A DNA stretch of 59,086 bases from a virus (Duplodnaviria; Caudoviricetes), in IMG/VR virus record IMGVR_UViG_3300008108_000133, positions 1 through 59,086 of that record; one strand, written 5' to 3'. The notes beneath the pieces are model-generated. The model made no database searches and was not told the DNA's origin. It saw only the letters and a program-made list of their open reading frames with translations. Every line of letters starts with the position of its first letter. The first letter of the stretch is position 1. Below, piece after piece: positions 48,650 to 57,530 of the stretch. The translations under genes were made by a program, and so were the position numbers.

Positions 48650-49621
48650 ATGAATTTTGCGCAACATTGTTTTAATTATGGGGGTTCAATTCATCCAATA
48701 ATTATTCCATCCATTTTAAATTCTGGATTGGGATTGATGAACCCCTCAATTTATATTCACAACAACAAAATATTAGTCAATCTACGAGCAGTTAATTATA
48801 CTTTTTATCATTCAGAAAAAAAGTTATTTCAACATCCATATGGTCCTCTAACCTATATTCATCCAGAGGATGACTTACATCTTCGTACTAGAAATTTTTA
48901 TCTAGAACTTGATGATAAGTATGAAATTACAAGAATCGATGAAATTGATACCTCAAAGTTTCCAGATAAACAACTCTGGGAATTTGTAGGTCTTGAGGAT
49001 GTAAGAATTTTTTGTTGGGAAGGAAAACTTTATACCACTGGTGTCAGAAGAGATTTGGATACTATTGGTACTGGTAGAATGGAACTATGTGAAATTGAAG
49101 TTCACAATAATAGAGTTGTTGAGGTTTCAAGAGTTAGAATTGAACCTCCAAATAATCAAAATAGTTATTGTGAAAAGAATTGGATGCCAATTCTAGATTT
49201 ACCTTATCACTATATTAAGTGGGGCAATCCCACAGAAGTGGTAAAAGTAAACCCAGAAACTGGAACATCAGAAATTGTATTTTTAAAAGAAAAGAAAGAT
49301 ATTCCAAGAGATTTGCGTGGAGGTTCCCAAGTCATACCTTGGAGAGATTATTATGTTGCAATCACTCACGAAGTAGATTTATTCAAAAGTGAAACTGATA
49401 GGAAAGATGCCATTTATAAGCATAGAGTATGTTTTTGGGATAAAAATTTCAATTTGGTAAAATGGACTGATGACTTTTCTATTATGGGAGGTCATGTGGA
49501 ATTTTGTGTTGGTTTGGCACAACAAGGTTCTAATCTTCTTATGACCTTTGGTTTTCAAGATAATGCTGCCTACCTTCTAAAATTTCCAGAAAAACTATTT
49601 GAGGACTTGATCAATGAATGA
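48650..49621 (+). CDS. five-blade propeller glycoside hydrolase/phosphorylase-like protein
   Basis: MNPSI, GLEDVRIF, CEKNWMP, LRGGSQ, VEFCVGL. Confidence 0.6.
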   Translation: MNFAQHCFNYGGSIHPIIIPSILNSGLGLMNPSIYIHNNKILVNLRAVNYTFYHSEKKLFQHPYGPLTYIHPEDDLHLRTRNFYLELDDKYEITRIDEIDTSKFPDKQLWEFVGLEDVRIFCWEGKLYTTGVRRDLDTIGTGRMELCEIEVHNNRVVEVSRVRIEPPNNQNSYCEKNWMPILDLPYHYIKWGNPTEVVKVNPETGTSEIVFLKEKKDIPRDLRGGSQVIPWRDYYVAITHEVDLFKSETDRKDAIYKHRVCFWDKNFNLVKWTDDFSIMGGHVEFCVGLAQQGSNLLMTFGFQDNAAYLLKFPEKLFEDLINE

Positions 49622-51716
49622 ACTAAAAAATCTTTTAGATAAATTTGTCATAGATCCTGAAGATCCTATCAATAATCTGAATCTAGCAAAGTTTTATCAT
49701 TCTATTGATCAAACATCTTCTGCTGTTTCTTATTACACAAGAACTGCAGAAAGGACAGAAGATAAAACTTTAATGTATGCTTGTCTTCTTGCAGCATCTG
49801 ATTGCTTCAATTCTCAGGGATGTAGAAACAATTCGGTCAAAGGTCTAATTCAAAGTGCAATTGCAGTACAACCAAAACGACCAGAAGGATACTTTCTTCT
49901 TTCAAGATTTTATGAAAAAGAAAAGAATTATCATGATTCATATTTAATTGCTTCGATTGGCGAAGGTGTTGCAGATTTCGATTTAGAACCTCTTCCATTA
50001 AAGGTTGATTATCCTGGATATTATGGTATTCTGTTTGAGAAAGCCGTATCATCTTGGTGGTGTGGATTATGTGATGATAGTAGGGATTACTTCCTAGAAT
50101 TAAAAACTAAACATTGGGATGAAATGGACGAAATTCATAAAAATGCTGTAATGAATAATTTAAAAATACTCAAAGTTGGTTTTGATTGGGGACACGCAGC
50201 AGAAAATAGATGGTTTAAAGACACGGTAGAGAAAGAAATCTTTGTGGATAATGTCTACCAAAAGTTCTTTGAAGTTGAAAATGATGATGTAGTGTTTGAT
50301 GTTGGCGCAAGTTCAGGTCCATTCACATTTTCAATCAAAGATAAAAATCCATCAAAAGTTTATTGTTTTGAGCCTCATTCTGAGTTATTCAAAAATCTCA
50401 CAAAGAATGTAGAGTCCGATAATGTAGTTTGCGTTAATAAAGCAATCGGTCCCGTCGATGGGAGTTTTGAAACATCAGGTCTTTTCAATAAAGATTTGAG
50501 AGAGACTTCCTCAGAGAAAAATACTCAAACAGTTCCTTCAGTAAAGTTCTCGACTTTTATTAAAGAAAACAATATTGAAAAGATTGATTTTCTAAAGTCT
50601 GATTGTGAAGGTGGAGAGTATGACATCTTCAATGATGAAAACTTACCCTGGATTAAAAAGAATGTAAAGAAGATTGCAGGTGAATGGCATCTAACTACAC
50701 CAGAACAAAAAGAAAAGTTTAGACACTTTAGAGACACTTACTTGAGAGATTTCCCTAATCATGAAGTCTATTCTATCGATTATGTGGATATCAAGTGGAG
50801 TGTTTGGGATGATTGGTTTATCGACCGTTATTATCTAATCAATATTTATATCGACAATAGGGTACAAGTAGAAGAAAAAAAGTGGAAGAACTCCATCCTA
50901 CCTACGATGGAGTTTACAACCTCTATTGATACCAAAAATGGTTGCGTAGTTGATTGCGTCTTCTGCCCTCAAAGAACTCTTCAAAAATCATATAAAGGAG
51001 AAAGGTTCTTAAGTCTTGATAATTTCAAGAAAGCAGTGGATAAAATGCCACAGGAAATTCGTGTAACCTTTGCAGGATTTACTGAACCTTGGTTGAATCC
51101 AAAGACTACAGATATGCTTCTTTATGCACATCAAGAAAGTCATCCAATTTCAGTGTTTACAACTGGTATTGGTATGGATATCAATGATGTAGAAAGAATC
51201 AAGAATATTCCTTATGCAGGAAATCCTAATGGTGGATTTGTTCTACATCTTCCCGACCAAGAAAGAAAAGCAAAGCATCCAATCACAGATAGGTATATTA
51301 AAGTCATTGAGAAGTTTGGTGAAGTTCATAGAGAAATTCAAAACTTTACTCTAATGTGTATGGGTACAGTTCATGAATCTGTACGTCACGTATTTCCAGA
51401 AGCTCCTACCTATCAAATGTGGTCTAGAGCAGGCAATCTTCTAGGTGAAAGTATCATGAAACCTGAACTTCTCAACAGAAAGGATGAATATAAGTCTGTA
51501 TATCACGGAGAGCAACCAATGACCTGCGGTTGTTTAGAAAAACTTTATCACAATATTATGCTTCCAAATGGTGATGTTTCTCTTTGCTGTATGGATTATG
51601 GACTCGAACATATCCTTGGCAACCTTCTAGAACAAGATTATGAGGATGTAATTCCTTATGATAATACTTGTTTCAATCTCTGTAGATTCTGTGAAAATGC
51701 AAAGAAACCATTATGA
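49614..51716 (+). CDS. TPR + FkbM methyltransferase + radical SAM/SPASM fusion
   Basis: FDVGASSG, FEPH, LKSDCEGGEY; CVVDCVFC (CxxxCxxC); NGDVSLCCMD...CRFCE. Confidence 0.85.
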   Translation: MNELKNLLDKFVIDPEDPINNLNLAKFYHSIDQTSSAVSYYTRTAERTEDKTLMYACLLAASDCFNSQGCRNNSVKGLIQSAIAVQPKRPEGYFLLSRFYEKEKNYHDSYLIASIGEGVADFDLEPLPLKVDYPGYYGILFEKAVSSWWCGLCDDSRDYFLELKTKHWDEMDEIHKNAVMNNLKILKVGFDWGHAAENRWFKDTVEKEIFVDNVYQKFFEVENDDVVFDVGASSGPFTFSIKDKNPSKVYCFEPHSELFKNLTKNVESDNVVCVNKAIGPVDGSFETSGLFNKDLRETSSEKNTQTVPSVKFSTFIKENNIEKIDFLKSDCEGGEYDIFNDENLPWIKKNVKKIAGEWHLTTPEQKEKFRHFRDTYLRDFPNHEVYSIDYVDIKWSVWDDWFIDRYYLINIYIDNRVQVEEKKWKNSILPTMEFTTSIDTKNGCVVDCVFCPQRTLQKSYKGERFLSLDNFKKAVDKMPQEIRVTFAGFTEPWLNPKTTDMLLYAHQESHPISVFTTGIGMDINDVERIKNIPYAGNPNGGFVLHLPDQERKAKHPITDRYIKVIEKFGEVHREIQNFTLMCMGTVHESVRHVFPEAPTYQMWSRAGNLLGESIMKPELLNRKDEYKSVYHGEQPMTCGCLEKLYHNIMLPNGDVSLCCMDYGLEHILGNLLEQDYEDVIPYDNTCFNLCRFCENAKKPL

Positions 51717-52300
51717 GATACTTGGTTAATGGACCTACTCCAAATCCACAAAAAAACCCAACTCTTTGGGTTGTGGATAATTTTTATAGTGACCCAGATG
51801 CAATTCGTGAGTTTGCACTAAAGCAAGAATTTGAATTTAGTGACTACCATAGAGGAAGAAGAACTCATCATCAGTTCGAAATTTCTGGTACTAAAGAAGC
51901 ATTTGAGTCCATTATGGGAATAAAAATAACAAATTGGATGGAAACACATGGAATGTGTGGTAGATTTCAATACTGTACCTGTGAGGATGCACTGGTTTAT
52001 CATGCAGATTCTCAAAAATGGGCTGCAGCAATTTATTTAACTCCAGATGCCCCTTATGAGTGTGGGACCTCTTTAATTGCTCATAAAAAAACAAAAATTC
52101 GTAATGTAAATACTGTTGGATCCGATGTTATTTGGGAAAAGAAGCATTTAGACCCAACACCTTGGGAGAAAGTAGATGTTGTTGGTAATGTTTATAATCG
52201 TTTAGTAATTTGGGACGCACATTGCGTTCATCAAGCATCTCAATATTTTGGATATGATAAAGATGATTCTAGATTGATACAGATTTTTTTCTTTGATTGA
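51713..52300 (+). CDS. 2OG-Fe(II) oxygenase-like (DUF6445-type)
   Basis: VVDNFYSDPD, YHADS..WAAAIYLTP, YNRLV...H, RLIQIFF. Confidence 0.75.
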   Translation: MRYLVNGPTPNPQKNPTLWVVDNFYSDPDAIREFALKQEFEFSDYHRGRRTHHQFEISGTKEAFESIMGIKITNWMETHGMCGRFQYCTCEDALVYHADSQKWAAAIYLTPDAPYECGTSLIAHKKTKIRNVNTVGSDVIWEKKHLDPTPWEKVDVVGNVYNRLVIWDAHCVHQASQYFGYDKDDSRLIQIFFFD

Positions 52301-52423
52301 TAATAAACATATAAAATTATAGATAAAAATTTATTGACTCAATCATATATTATCATATATAATTGATACACATTGGTCCCTCCTTTTGGGGGGATTTTAA
52401 TATCAACTAAAATTTTTTGAATT

Positions 52424-52663
52424 ATGAAATTTACAGTTTATTCTAAAGAAGGTTGTCCATATTGCAATAAGATCGAACAGGTGCTACAATTGTCGGGATT
52501 AGAGCACAAGGTTTATAAACTTGACGAAAATTTTAGTCGTGAAGATTTTTACTCTAAGTTTGGCCTTGGATCTACGTTCCCTCAAGTTGTTTTAAATGAT
52601 CAGACAAGACTTGGTGGATGCACAGAAACCGTAAAATATCTACAGGAAAACAAAATCATCTAA
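52424..52663 (+). CDS. nrdC: glutaredoxin
   Basis: CPYC, TFPQV, LGGC. Confidence 0.9.
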   Translation: MKFTVYSKEGCPYCNKIEQVLQLSGLEHKVYKLDENFSREDFYSKFGLGSTFPQVVLNDQTRLGGCTETVKYLQENKII

Positions 52664-53022
52664 TGGAAAATACAATTCACGAAGTTTATGGTGATGTGGA
52701 AAAAGCAATCGATTATGCCTTTAAAGGACAATTTGTTTTAAACTTTTATGATTATTTGAAAATTCGTGGAACCAAAAGAGTAGAGGTTGAAGAGTTCATT
52801 GGAAGTGCAACTGCAAATGAAATCAGCAATCTTGTAATGGATCTAGATGATTATCTAGAAGGTGGTTCAGATGAAATGCACAAACAACTTCGTGAAGCAT
52901 ACGGTCACATTCCAAAACCGCAAGCAAGAAAAATTAGAAATTACTTGTATAAAATTTTGGAAGATGCATGGAAATATAGTCATGATAGAAGACCAGGAAG
53001 GAGAAAAAAGGAAACTAAATAA
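52663..53022 (+). CDS. conserved cyanophage hypothetical protein
   Basis: ORF track, likely start MENTIH (TAATG coupling); QLREAYGHIPKPQARKI. Confidence 0.75.
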   Translation: MENTIHEVYGDVEKAIDYAFKGQFVLNFYDYLKIRGTKRVEVEEFIGSATANEISNLVMDLDDYLEGGSDEMHKQLREAYGHIPKPQARKIRNYLYKILEDAWKYSHDRRPGRRKKETK

Positions 53023-53194
53023 AAGAGAACCGCAGATTAATCGCGGATTCGAATTGATGTTACGTCAGCATAATAGGAGGGAGAAACCATCAAAACCAAA
53101 ATCATTTTTAATTCGATTTGGTAAGATGATATCTCTCCTCAGACGAGAGATACATTTTCAATTTGAATTATTTTTAGATATAAAGAAAAAGTAA
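52862..53194 (+). CDS. hypothetical basic protein (true start probably near 3' half)
   Basis: ORF track; INRGFELMLR motif. Confidence 0.4.
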   Translation: MVQMKCTNNFVKHTVTFQNRKQEKLEITCIKFWKMHGNIVMIEDQEGEKRKLNKREPQINRGFELMLRQHNRREKPSKPKSFLIRFGKMISLLRREIHFQFELFLDIKKK

Positions 53195-53211
53195 CTCTCG
53201 GGGAAAGAAAA

Positions 53212-53439
53212 ATGGAAACGCCTTATATTCTCACATTCACCGTATTATTTTCTTTGATGTTTTTAATGATTGGAAGTATAATGGGGTGGATTTTAAAACA
53301 AAGTCAGTTTGAAAAAATTTATGGCATTCCAAACCTCCATCCAGAAATGTATGATGAACATGGAAATGTTGTTCCAGATGAAATTTTAGCAGTGAGATTT
53401 GAAAACGATTATGACTACGACGACGAAGACGAAGACTGA
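53212..53439 (+). CDS. small membrane protein with acidic tail
   Basis: TM segment, HPEMYDEHGN. Confidence 0.7.
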   Translation: METPYILTFTVLFSLMFLMIGSIMGWILKQSQFEKIYGIPNLHPEMYDEHGNVVPDEILAVRFENDYDYDDEDED

Positions 53440-53992
53440 AAAACCAATTCCTAAACTTCAACCTAATCCATTTCAACACGAAATTCTAGAACTTGCTTCT
53501 AAGCAGAGAACTAACGCTAAGAAAGTTGAAGTTCTTAAAGAATATAGAAATGATGGATTAGTTACTATTCTCATTATGAATTTTGATGAGAGTATTATTA
53601 GTGTTCTTCCAGAAGGTGCTGTTCCTTACGCAACAGTAGATGGACAGACTTCCCTTGGAGGAAATCTTACTGACCTTATTGAAAGTAAGGCAAAAAATGA
53701 TGGGATGAAATCTAACGGTTATTATGGAACCGAAGAATTTACTAATGAATCTTTGAGGACATCGATTAGAAATGAATTTCAAAATTTTTACATTTATGTA
53801 AAGGGTGGCAACGATAGTATTTCTAGACTACGTAAGGAAACAATGTTTATCAATATGATTCAAGGACTTCATCCTCTTGAAGCTGAACTTATGTGTCTTG
53901 TAAAAGATAAAAGACTTACAGATAAATATAAGATCACTAAAGAAATTGTATCGGAAGCATATCCCGATATTACTTGGGGTGGTCGTTCATGA
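53411..53992 (+). CDS. conserved T4-like hypothetical protein
   Basis: LPEGAVPY, KETMFI...LHPLEAE. Confidence 0.75.
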   Translation: MTTTTKTKTEKPIPKLQPNPFQHEILELASKQRTNAKKVEVLKEYRNDGLVTILIMNFDESIISVLPEGAVPYATVDGQTSLGGNLTDLIESKAKNDGMKSNGYYGTEEFTNESLRTSIRNEFQNFYIYVKGGNDSISRLRKETMFINMIQGLHPLEAELMCLVKDKRLTDKYKITKEIVSEAYPDITWGGRS

Positions 53993-54327
53993 ATGCCGTA
54001 ATTGTGGAGGAAGATACTAAAGTGGAATGGTCACAAGAAGAAAGGAAATCTCTTCCTCCCAAATATGGTTGCGAATTATTGATTCAAAATGCAACAATGA
54101 TTCAAGCAAAGGATAGTTCGTTGCCCAGTGATGCTTACCTTATTTGGTATAAGATAAACGATAAAGTTTTTCTTGATGTATGTCGGTGCAGAAAAAGATC
54201 TGATCTTTTCGATCTGTATTACGATAAATTTGGTCCAGGATCTGTTCAAAAAATTGATTTTGGATACGGTAGAGTAAATCCCAAACTTTGGGGATATAAA
54301 GCACCAGAAGGAAAGAAAAAAAGATGA
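53989..54327 (+). CDS. conserved cyanophage hypothetical protein
   Basis: FDLYYDK...GRVNPKLWG. Confidence 0.7.
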   Translation: MNAVIVEEDTKVEWSQEERKSLPPKYGCELLIQNATMIQAKDSSLPSDAYLIWYKINDKVFLDVCRCRKRSDLFDLYYDKFGPGSVQKIDFGYGRVNPKLWGYKAPEGKKKR

Positions 54328-54521
54328 TTGGAGCAGGTGGATTTGATAAAGGGAAAGCGAAAGTAACTCTCTATACTGATGAAGTTAATAATTTAATTAA
54401 AAAATATAAAAAGATTAAAAAATATATGAGATCTCCATTGTATCAAGTAAAGACAATGGATGGAACAGAAGAAGTTGTGTCGGAACTTTTAAAAGAATAT
54501 GAGGAAAATCCTGAACTTTAA
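54324..54521 (+). CDS. hypothetical protein
   Basis: ORF track, coupled stops/starts. Confidence 0.6.
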   Translation: MIGAGGFDKGKAKVTLYTDEVNNLIKKYKKIKKYMRSPLYQVKTMDGTEEVVSELLKEYEENPEL

Positions 54522-54847
54522 TGGGTAAGCATTATTTACTAAACCTTTATGGTTGTTCGTTTGTTCTCTTGGACGACGAACGTTGCCTTATTGATCTACT
54601 AGAAAATGCAGCAGTAGCAAGTGGAGCAACTGTGGTTCAGACTATATCAAAAAAGTTTGAACCACAAGGTGTTACTGTTATTTGTTTACTTTCAGAAAGT
54701 CATATTAGTATTCATACTTGGCCAGAAGAAGGAAAAGCAGCGGTAGATGTTTATACCTGTGGAGATTGTAATCCAAAGATCGGTTGCGATATTATTATTC
54801 AACAACTTTACGCCCAAGACCATACTTTAAGTTATATTGAGCGTTGA
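54521..54847 (+). CDS. speD: S-adenosylmethionine decarboxylase proenzyme
   Basis: FEPQGVT...LSESHISIHTWPE...DVYTCG. Confidence 0.95.
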   Translation: MGKHYLLNLYGCSFVLLDDERCLIDLLENAAVASGATVVQTISKKFEPQGVTVICLLSESHISIHTWPEEGKAAVDVYTCGDCNPKIGCDIIIQQLYAQDHTLSYIER

Positions 54848-54872
54848 CAGATTAAAATATATACCTTATAAT
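54844..54872 (+). promoter_or_regulatory. consensus sigma70 promoter
   Basis: TTGACA-N17-TATAAT. Confidence 0.85.
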
Positions 54873-54895
54873 CATTTACATATATTTGTTTTGTA

Positions 54896-55096
54896 ATGAC
54901 ACACTATAAACCATACTCACCCGAATGGCATCGCAAACGTTACTTAAAGGAAGCGTTAGATAAGTATTTGGATGAGTATATTGATAATCAGATAATACTT
55001 GATGATATTTCTGATATTCTATCTGAAAGATCCGAAAAAGCATATGAGGAATTCAGTAGAATTAATGATTTGGAATCGATGATTAACACTAAATAA
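54896..55096 (+). CDS. hypothetical protein
   Basis: ORF track YKPYSPEWHR. Confidence 0.7.
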   Translation: MTHYKPYSPEWHRKRYLKEALDKYLDEYIDNQIILDDISDILSERSEKAYEEFSRINDLESMINTK

Positions 55097-55115
55097 TACA
55101 ATATGGAGATTGAAT

Positions 55116-55433
55116 ATGCTCTCTACTCAATATCGTTTGCGTCTGGAAGGAATCTGTAACAAAATTGCCAGACACGAAGAGGTTGGATTGGAGGATATGA
55201 TTTGGGCAGAAAAACTTGGTAAAGCAAATCGCTCTGCTGCAACAATGTTAAGGCAAGCAAGACGCCGCGCTGCTAATCCTGATATGAAAGAAGGAAGTCT
55301 TGATGATTTTATGAATGCACTTGATCTTGGGGATCCGGATCCATCAAATCATCGCACTGGATTTAATGGTGCCGATGACATCATTGACTTTTTCACTGGC
55401 GATAAACCAGATGATTGGAGACAAAGAGATTAA
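55116..55433 (+). CDS. conserved cyanophage hypothetical protein
   Basis: MLSTQYRLRLE...KPDDWRQRD. Confidence 0.75.
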   Translation: MLSTQYRLRLEGICNKIARHEEVGLEDMIWAEKLGKANRSAATMLRQARRRAANPDMKEGSLDDFMNALDLGDPDPSNHRTGFNGADDIIDFFTGDKPDDWRQRD

Positions 55434-55435
55434 AT

Positions 55436-55487
55436 TGTAACAAAAGTTACAAAACTTTTTGCATAACTATAGTAACAGGTCTATAAT
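55436..55487 (+). promoter_or_regulatory. NtcA-like box followed by sigma70 promoter
   Basis: TGTA-acaaaagt-TACA (55436-55451); TTGCAT-N17-TATAAT (55459-55487). Confidence 0.6.
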
Positions 55488-55494
55488 GACCTTA

Positions 55495-55583
55495 CGTTCA
55501 TCTGGAATACCAGACGGAAGTAAGCCGACGCGGAACGGATTCGTTCATCCCATATGGGACGCAAACGCCGACTGAAGGAACGC
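55495..55583 (+). ncRNA. tandem glutamine riboswitch (glnA / Downstream-peptide class), two aptamers
   Basis: Two units CGTTCATC-hairpin-GACG...GCCGAC..GGAACG (55495-55537, 55542-55582) upstream of a YRG peptide. Confidence 0.8.
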
Positions 55584-55613
55584 TCTTTAGCCTCAAAATT
55601 AAGGAGAACCCTA

Positions 55614-55751
55614 ATGTCTAAAGTAGTTTATCGTGGTGTCGAATATGATACACAGAAGCGTCTGGAGTATCAACAACAAATGATGCAACAACCTCAACAG
55701 TACAATGAAACCTATCGTGGTGTTAAGTTTGTAAAGGAGGGGCACAAATGA
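55614..55751 (+). CDS. DUF4278-like small protein (45 aa)
   Basis: MSKVVYRGVEYD...TYRGVKF; AAGGAG RBS. Confidence 0.8.
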   Translation: MSKVVYRGVEYDTQKRLEYQQQMMQQPQQYNETYRGVKFVKEGHK

Positions 55752-55846
55752 AAAAATTGAACGTACTTCAACTCATTAAAGAGCAGAAGCAAAAGGAACA
55801 ACGTCGTTATCAAGCACTCCTTGCAAATGCTGGAGCGGGAAAATGA
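55748..55846 (+). CDS. small basic peptide (32 aa)
   Basis: Hand-translated MKKLNVLQLIKEQKQKEQRRYQALLANAGAGK; AGGAGG RBS, ATGA coupling. Confidence 0.6.
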   Translation: MKKLNVLQLIKEQKQKEQRRYQALLANAGAGK

Positions 55847-55929
55847 TTGCTACGATTGCTGCCATTACTGGAGCATCAACAGCATTTATTTTTCTAATAT
55901 ATTTGGAAATTTTGTTGTTGAGTAAATAA
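55843..55929 (+). CDS. small hydrophobic peptide (28 aa)
   Basis: Hand-translated MIATIAAITGASTAFIFLIYLEILLLSK; ATGA coupling. Confidence 0.45.
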   Translation: MIATIAAITGASTAFIFLIYLEILLLSK

Positions 55930-55937
55930 ATTTTTTA

Positions 55938-55976
55938 AGAGAGGGACTTGACTCCCTCTCTTTTTTTATGTAGAAT
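55938..55976 (+). terminator. terminator overlapping next sigma70 promoter
   Basis: agagaggga-cttgac-tccctctct + T tract; TTGACT-N17-TAGAAT. Confidence 0.8.
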
Positions 55977-55996
55977 CATAGATAATACATATTTTT

Positions 55997-56155
55997 ATGG
56001 ATAGACAAAAAGTAAATTTAATTATTCAAAATATTGAACTTCTTGTTCGTTCGTTAAAAGAAGAATTGAGCAATGAAAAAAAATATAAGTATGAAGAAAT
56101 TGCTCCCTATATTATTGATGAATATGAACCAGAATACTATGAAGAGGAAGATTGA
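55997..56155 (+). CDS. small acidic hypothetical protein (52 aa)
   Basis: Hand-translated MDRQKVNLIIQNIELLVRSLKEEL...YYEEED. Confidence 0.6.
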   Translation: MDRQKVNLIIQNIELLVRSLKEELSNEKKYKYEEIAPYIIDEYEPEYYEEED

Positions 56156-56157
56156 AA

Positions 56158-56343
56158 ATGTATGAAACCCTAACAGAATTTGAAAGAGCACTTGCTAGAT
56201 TTGGAGATAAGGTGCAATATATTGTTGGTTTGGAGATCAGCAATAAAATGAGTCCCGAAACCGCATATAAAGAAATCAAAGATATGATGAAGGAACTTAA
56301 AAAACTCCGCAAAATTGAAAAGGATACTTGGGAGAAAGAATGA
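56158..56343 (+). CDS. hypothetical protein
   Basis: ORF track MYETLTEFERALARFGDKV. Confidence 0.7.
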   Translation: MYETLTEFERALARFGDKVQYIVGLEISNKMSPETAYKEIKDMMKELKKLRKIEKDTWEKE

Positions 56344-57095
56344 AACCTATTAAAGCAAAAGATCTTTTGGAACTTGATAAGCACATGAAGATTGTGCTTT
56401 TGAACAGTACTCCGAATCCACAAACTCTTGTTTGGCAAGGTGGAAAGAATGATTATAGTGAAGATGCTATTCATACCAAAACTCCACCTTCAGAAACTGA
56501 TTCTGGTAAGTGGGTTATAGAGCAACTCTTAGCGAACGAGAGAGGGCACTGGGGACCTCTGGAACACCCCTCAATCTCATTTGACTGCGTAGGATTCGTT
56601 CATAACGTTATTGTTCAAGCAAGGACTCATCGTGTAGGAGTTTCCTTCGATGTTCAATCTCAACGTTATACTGGAAGGCGTGTATTGAAAGTTGCAAATG
56701 GAGAACTTTCTGCTGATGAAGTTTTTTATGTTCGTCCCCCTGGTCTGTATCTTGACCGTAAAGGTCACAAATATGAATGGACACAAGATGATTACGAACG
56801 GCAACTGAAGTTCTGTCTGGCAGCATCTGAAAGGTATGCGGAAGGTTATATGAAGAGAGGTATGGCGGAAGAGCATCTCAGAGATTATCTTCCACAAAAC
56901 ATTCGCCAAAACTTTGTTGTATCTTTCTCTCTTCGTGCTGCTTTACACTTTCTGGATCTTCGTGCAAAACTTGATGCTCAAGTTGAAATTCAAGCAATGT
57001 GTGAAGGTATGATTCCAATCATGAAAAGTTGGGTTCCAGAAATATTTTCATACTATGAGGAAAAGCGACTACATAAAGCAAGACTATCCCCCTAA
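56340..57095 (+). CDS. thyX: FAD-dependent thymidylate synthase
   Basis: GHWGPLEH, QARTHR..SFDVQSQRY, FLDLR...AQVEI. Confidence 0.95.
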   Translation: MKPIKAKDLLELDKHMKIVLLNSTPNPQTLVWQGGKNDYSEDAIHTKTPPSETDSGKWVIEQLLANERGHWGPLEHPSISFDCVGFVHNVIVQARTHRVGVSFDVQSQRYTGRRVLKVANGELSADEVFYVRPPGLYLDRKGHKYEWTQDDYERQLKFCLAASERYAEGYMKRGMAEEHLRDYLPQNIRQNFVVSFSLRAALHFLDLRAKLDAQVEIQAMCEGMIPIMKSWVPEIFSYYEEKRLHKARLSP

Positions 57096-57103
57096 TTATA
57101 GGT

Positions 57104-57262
57104 ATGAAAAGTTACTGTATAAAAGATCATATAACTGGACACGTTTTTAAAATACTTCTTACTGAAGAAGAATTTCAGGAGTTCTTAAGATCAAATCCAA
57201 ACATAGATGAGTGCATCGATTGCGTAGAATGTGACGATGCTCCATCTCTCTGTATAGAATAA
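57104..57262 (+). CDS. small Cys-containing hypothetical protein (52 aa)
   Basis: Hand-translated MKSYCIKDHITGHVFKILLTEEEF...CIDCVECDD. Confidence 0.5.
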   Translation: MKSYCIKDHITGHVFKILLTEEEFQEFLRSNPNIDECIDCVECDDAPSLCIE

Positions 57263-57287
57263 ATACCTCTGAATTTTATAATATCTT

Positions 57288-57530
57288 ATGGCGATATATC
57301 CTATTATTCATAAAGAAACAGGAGAGAAACGAGTAATTGAAATGAGTGTTCATGAAATTACTCAGTGGTATAATGACAATCCCGAATGGAAAAGAGATTG
57401 GTCTGAAGGATGCGCCACCCCAGGAGAAGTTGGGGAGTGGAAAGATAAACTAATCCAAAAGCATCCAGGATGGAATGACGTTCTAGAAAAAGCATCTAAA
57501 GCACCTAAATCCCAAGTGAAGAAAATCTAA
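57288..57530 (+). CDS. conserved cyanophage hypothetical protein
   Basis: MAIYPIIHKETGE...PGWNDVL. Confidence 0.75.
   Translation: MAIYPIIHKETGEKRVIEMSVHEITQWYNDNPEWKRDWSEGCATPGEVGEWKDKLIQKHPGWNDVLEKASKAPKSQVKKI

Noticed and set aside
55554-55613. N-terminal extension MGRKRRLKER of the DUF4278-like ORF
   Set aside because: Overlaps the second riboswitch aptamer; the RBS points to ATG 55614
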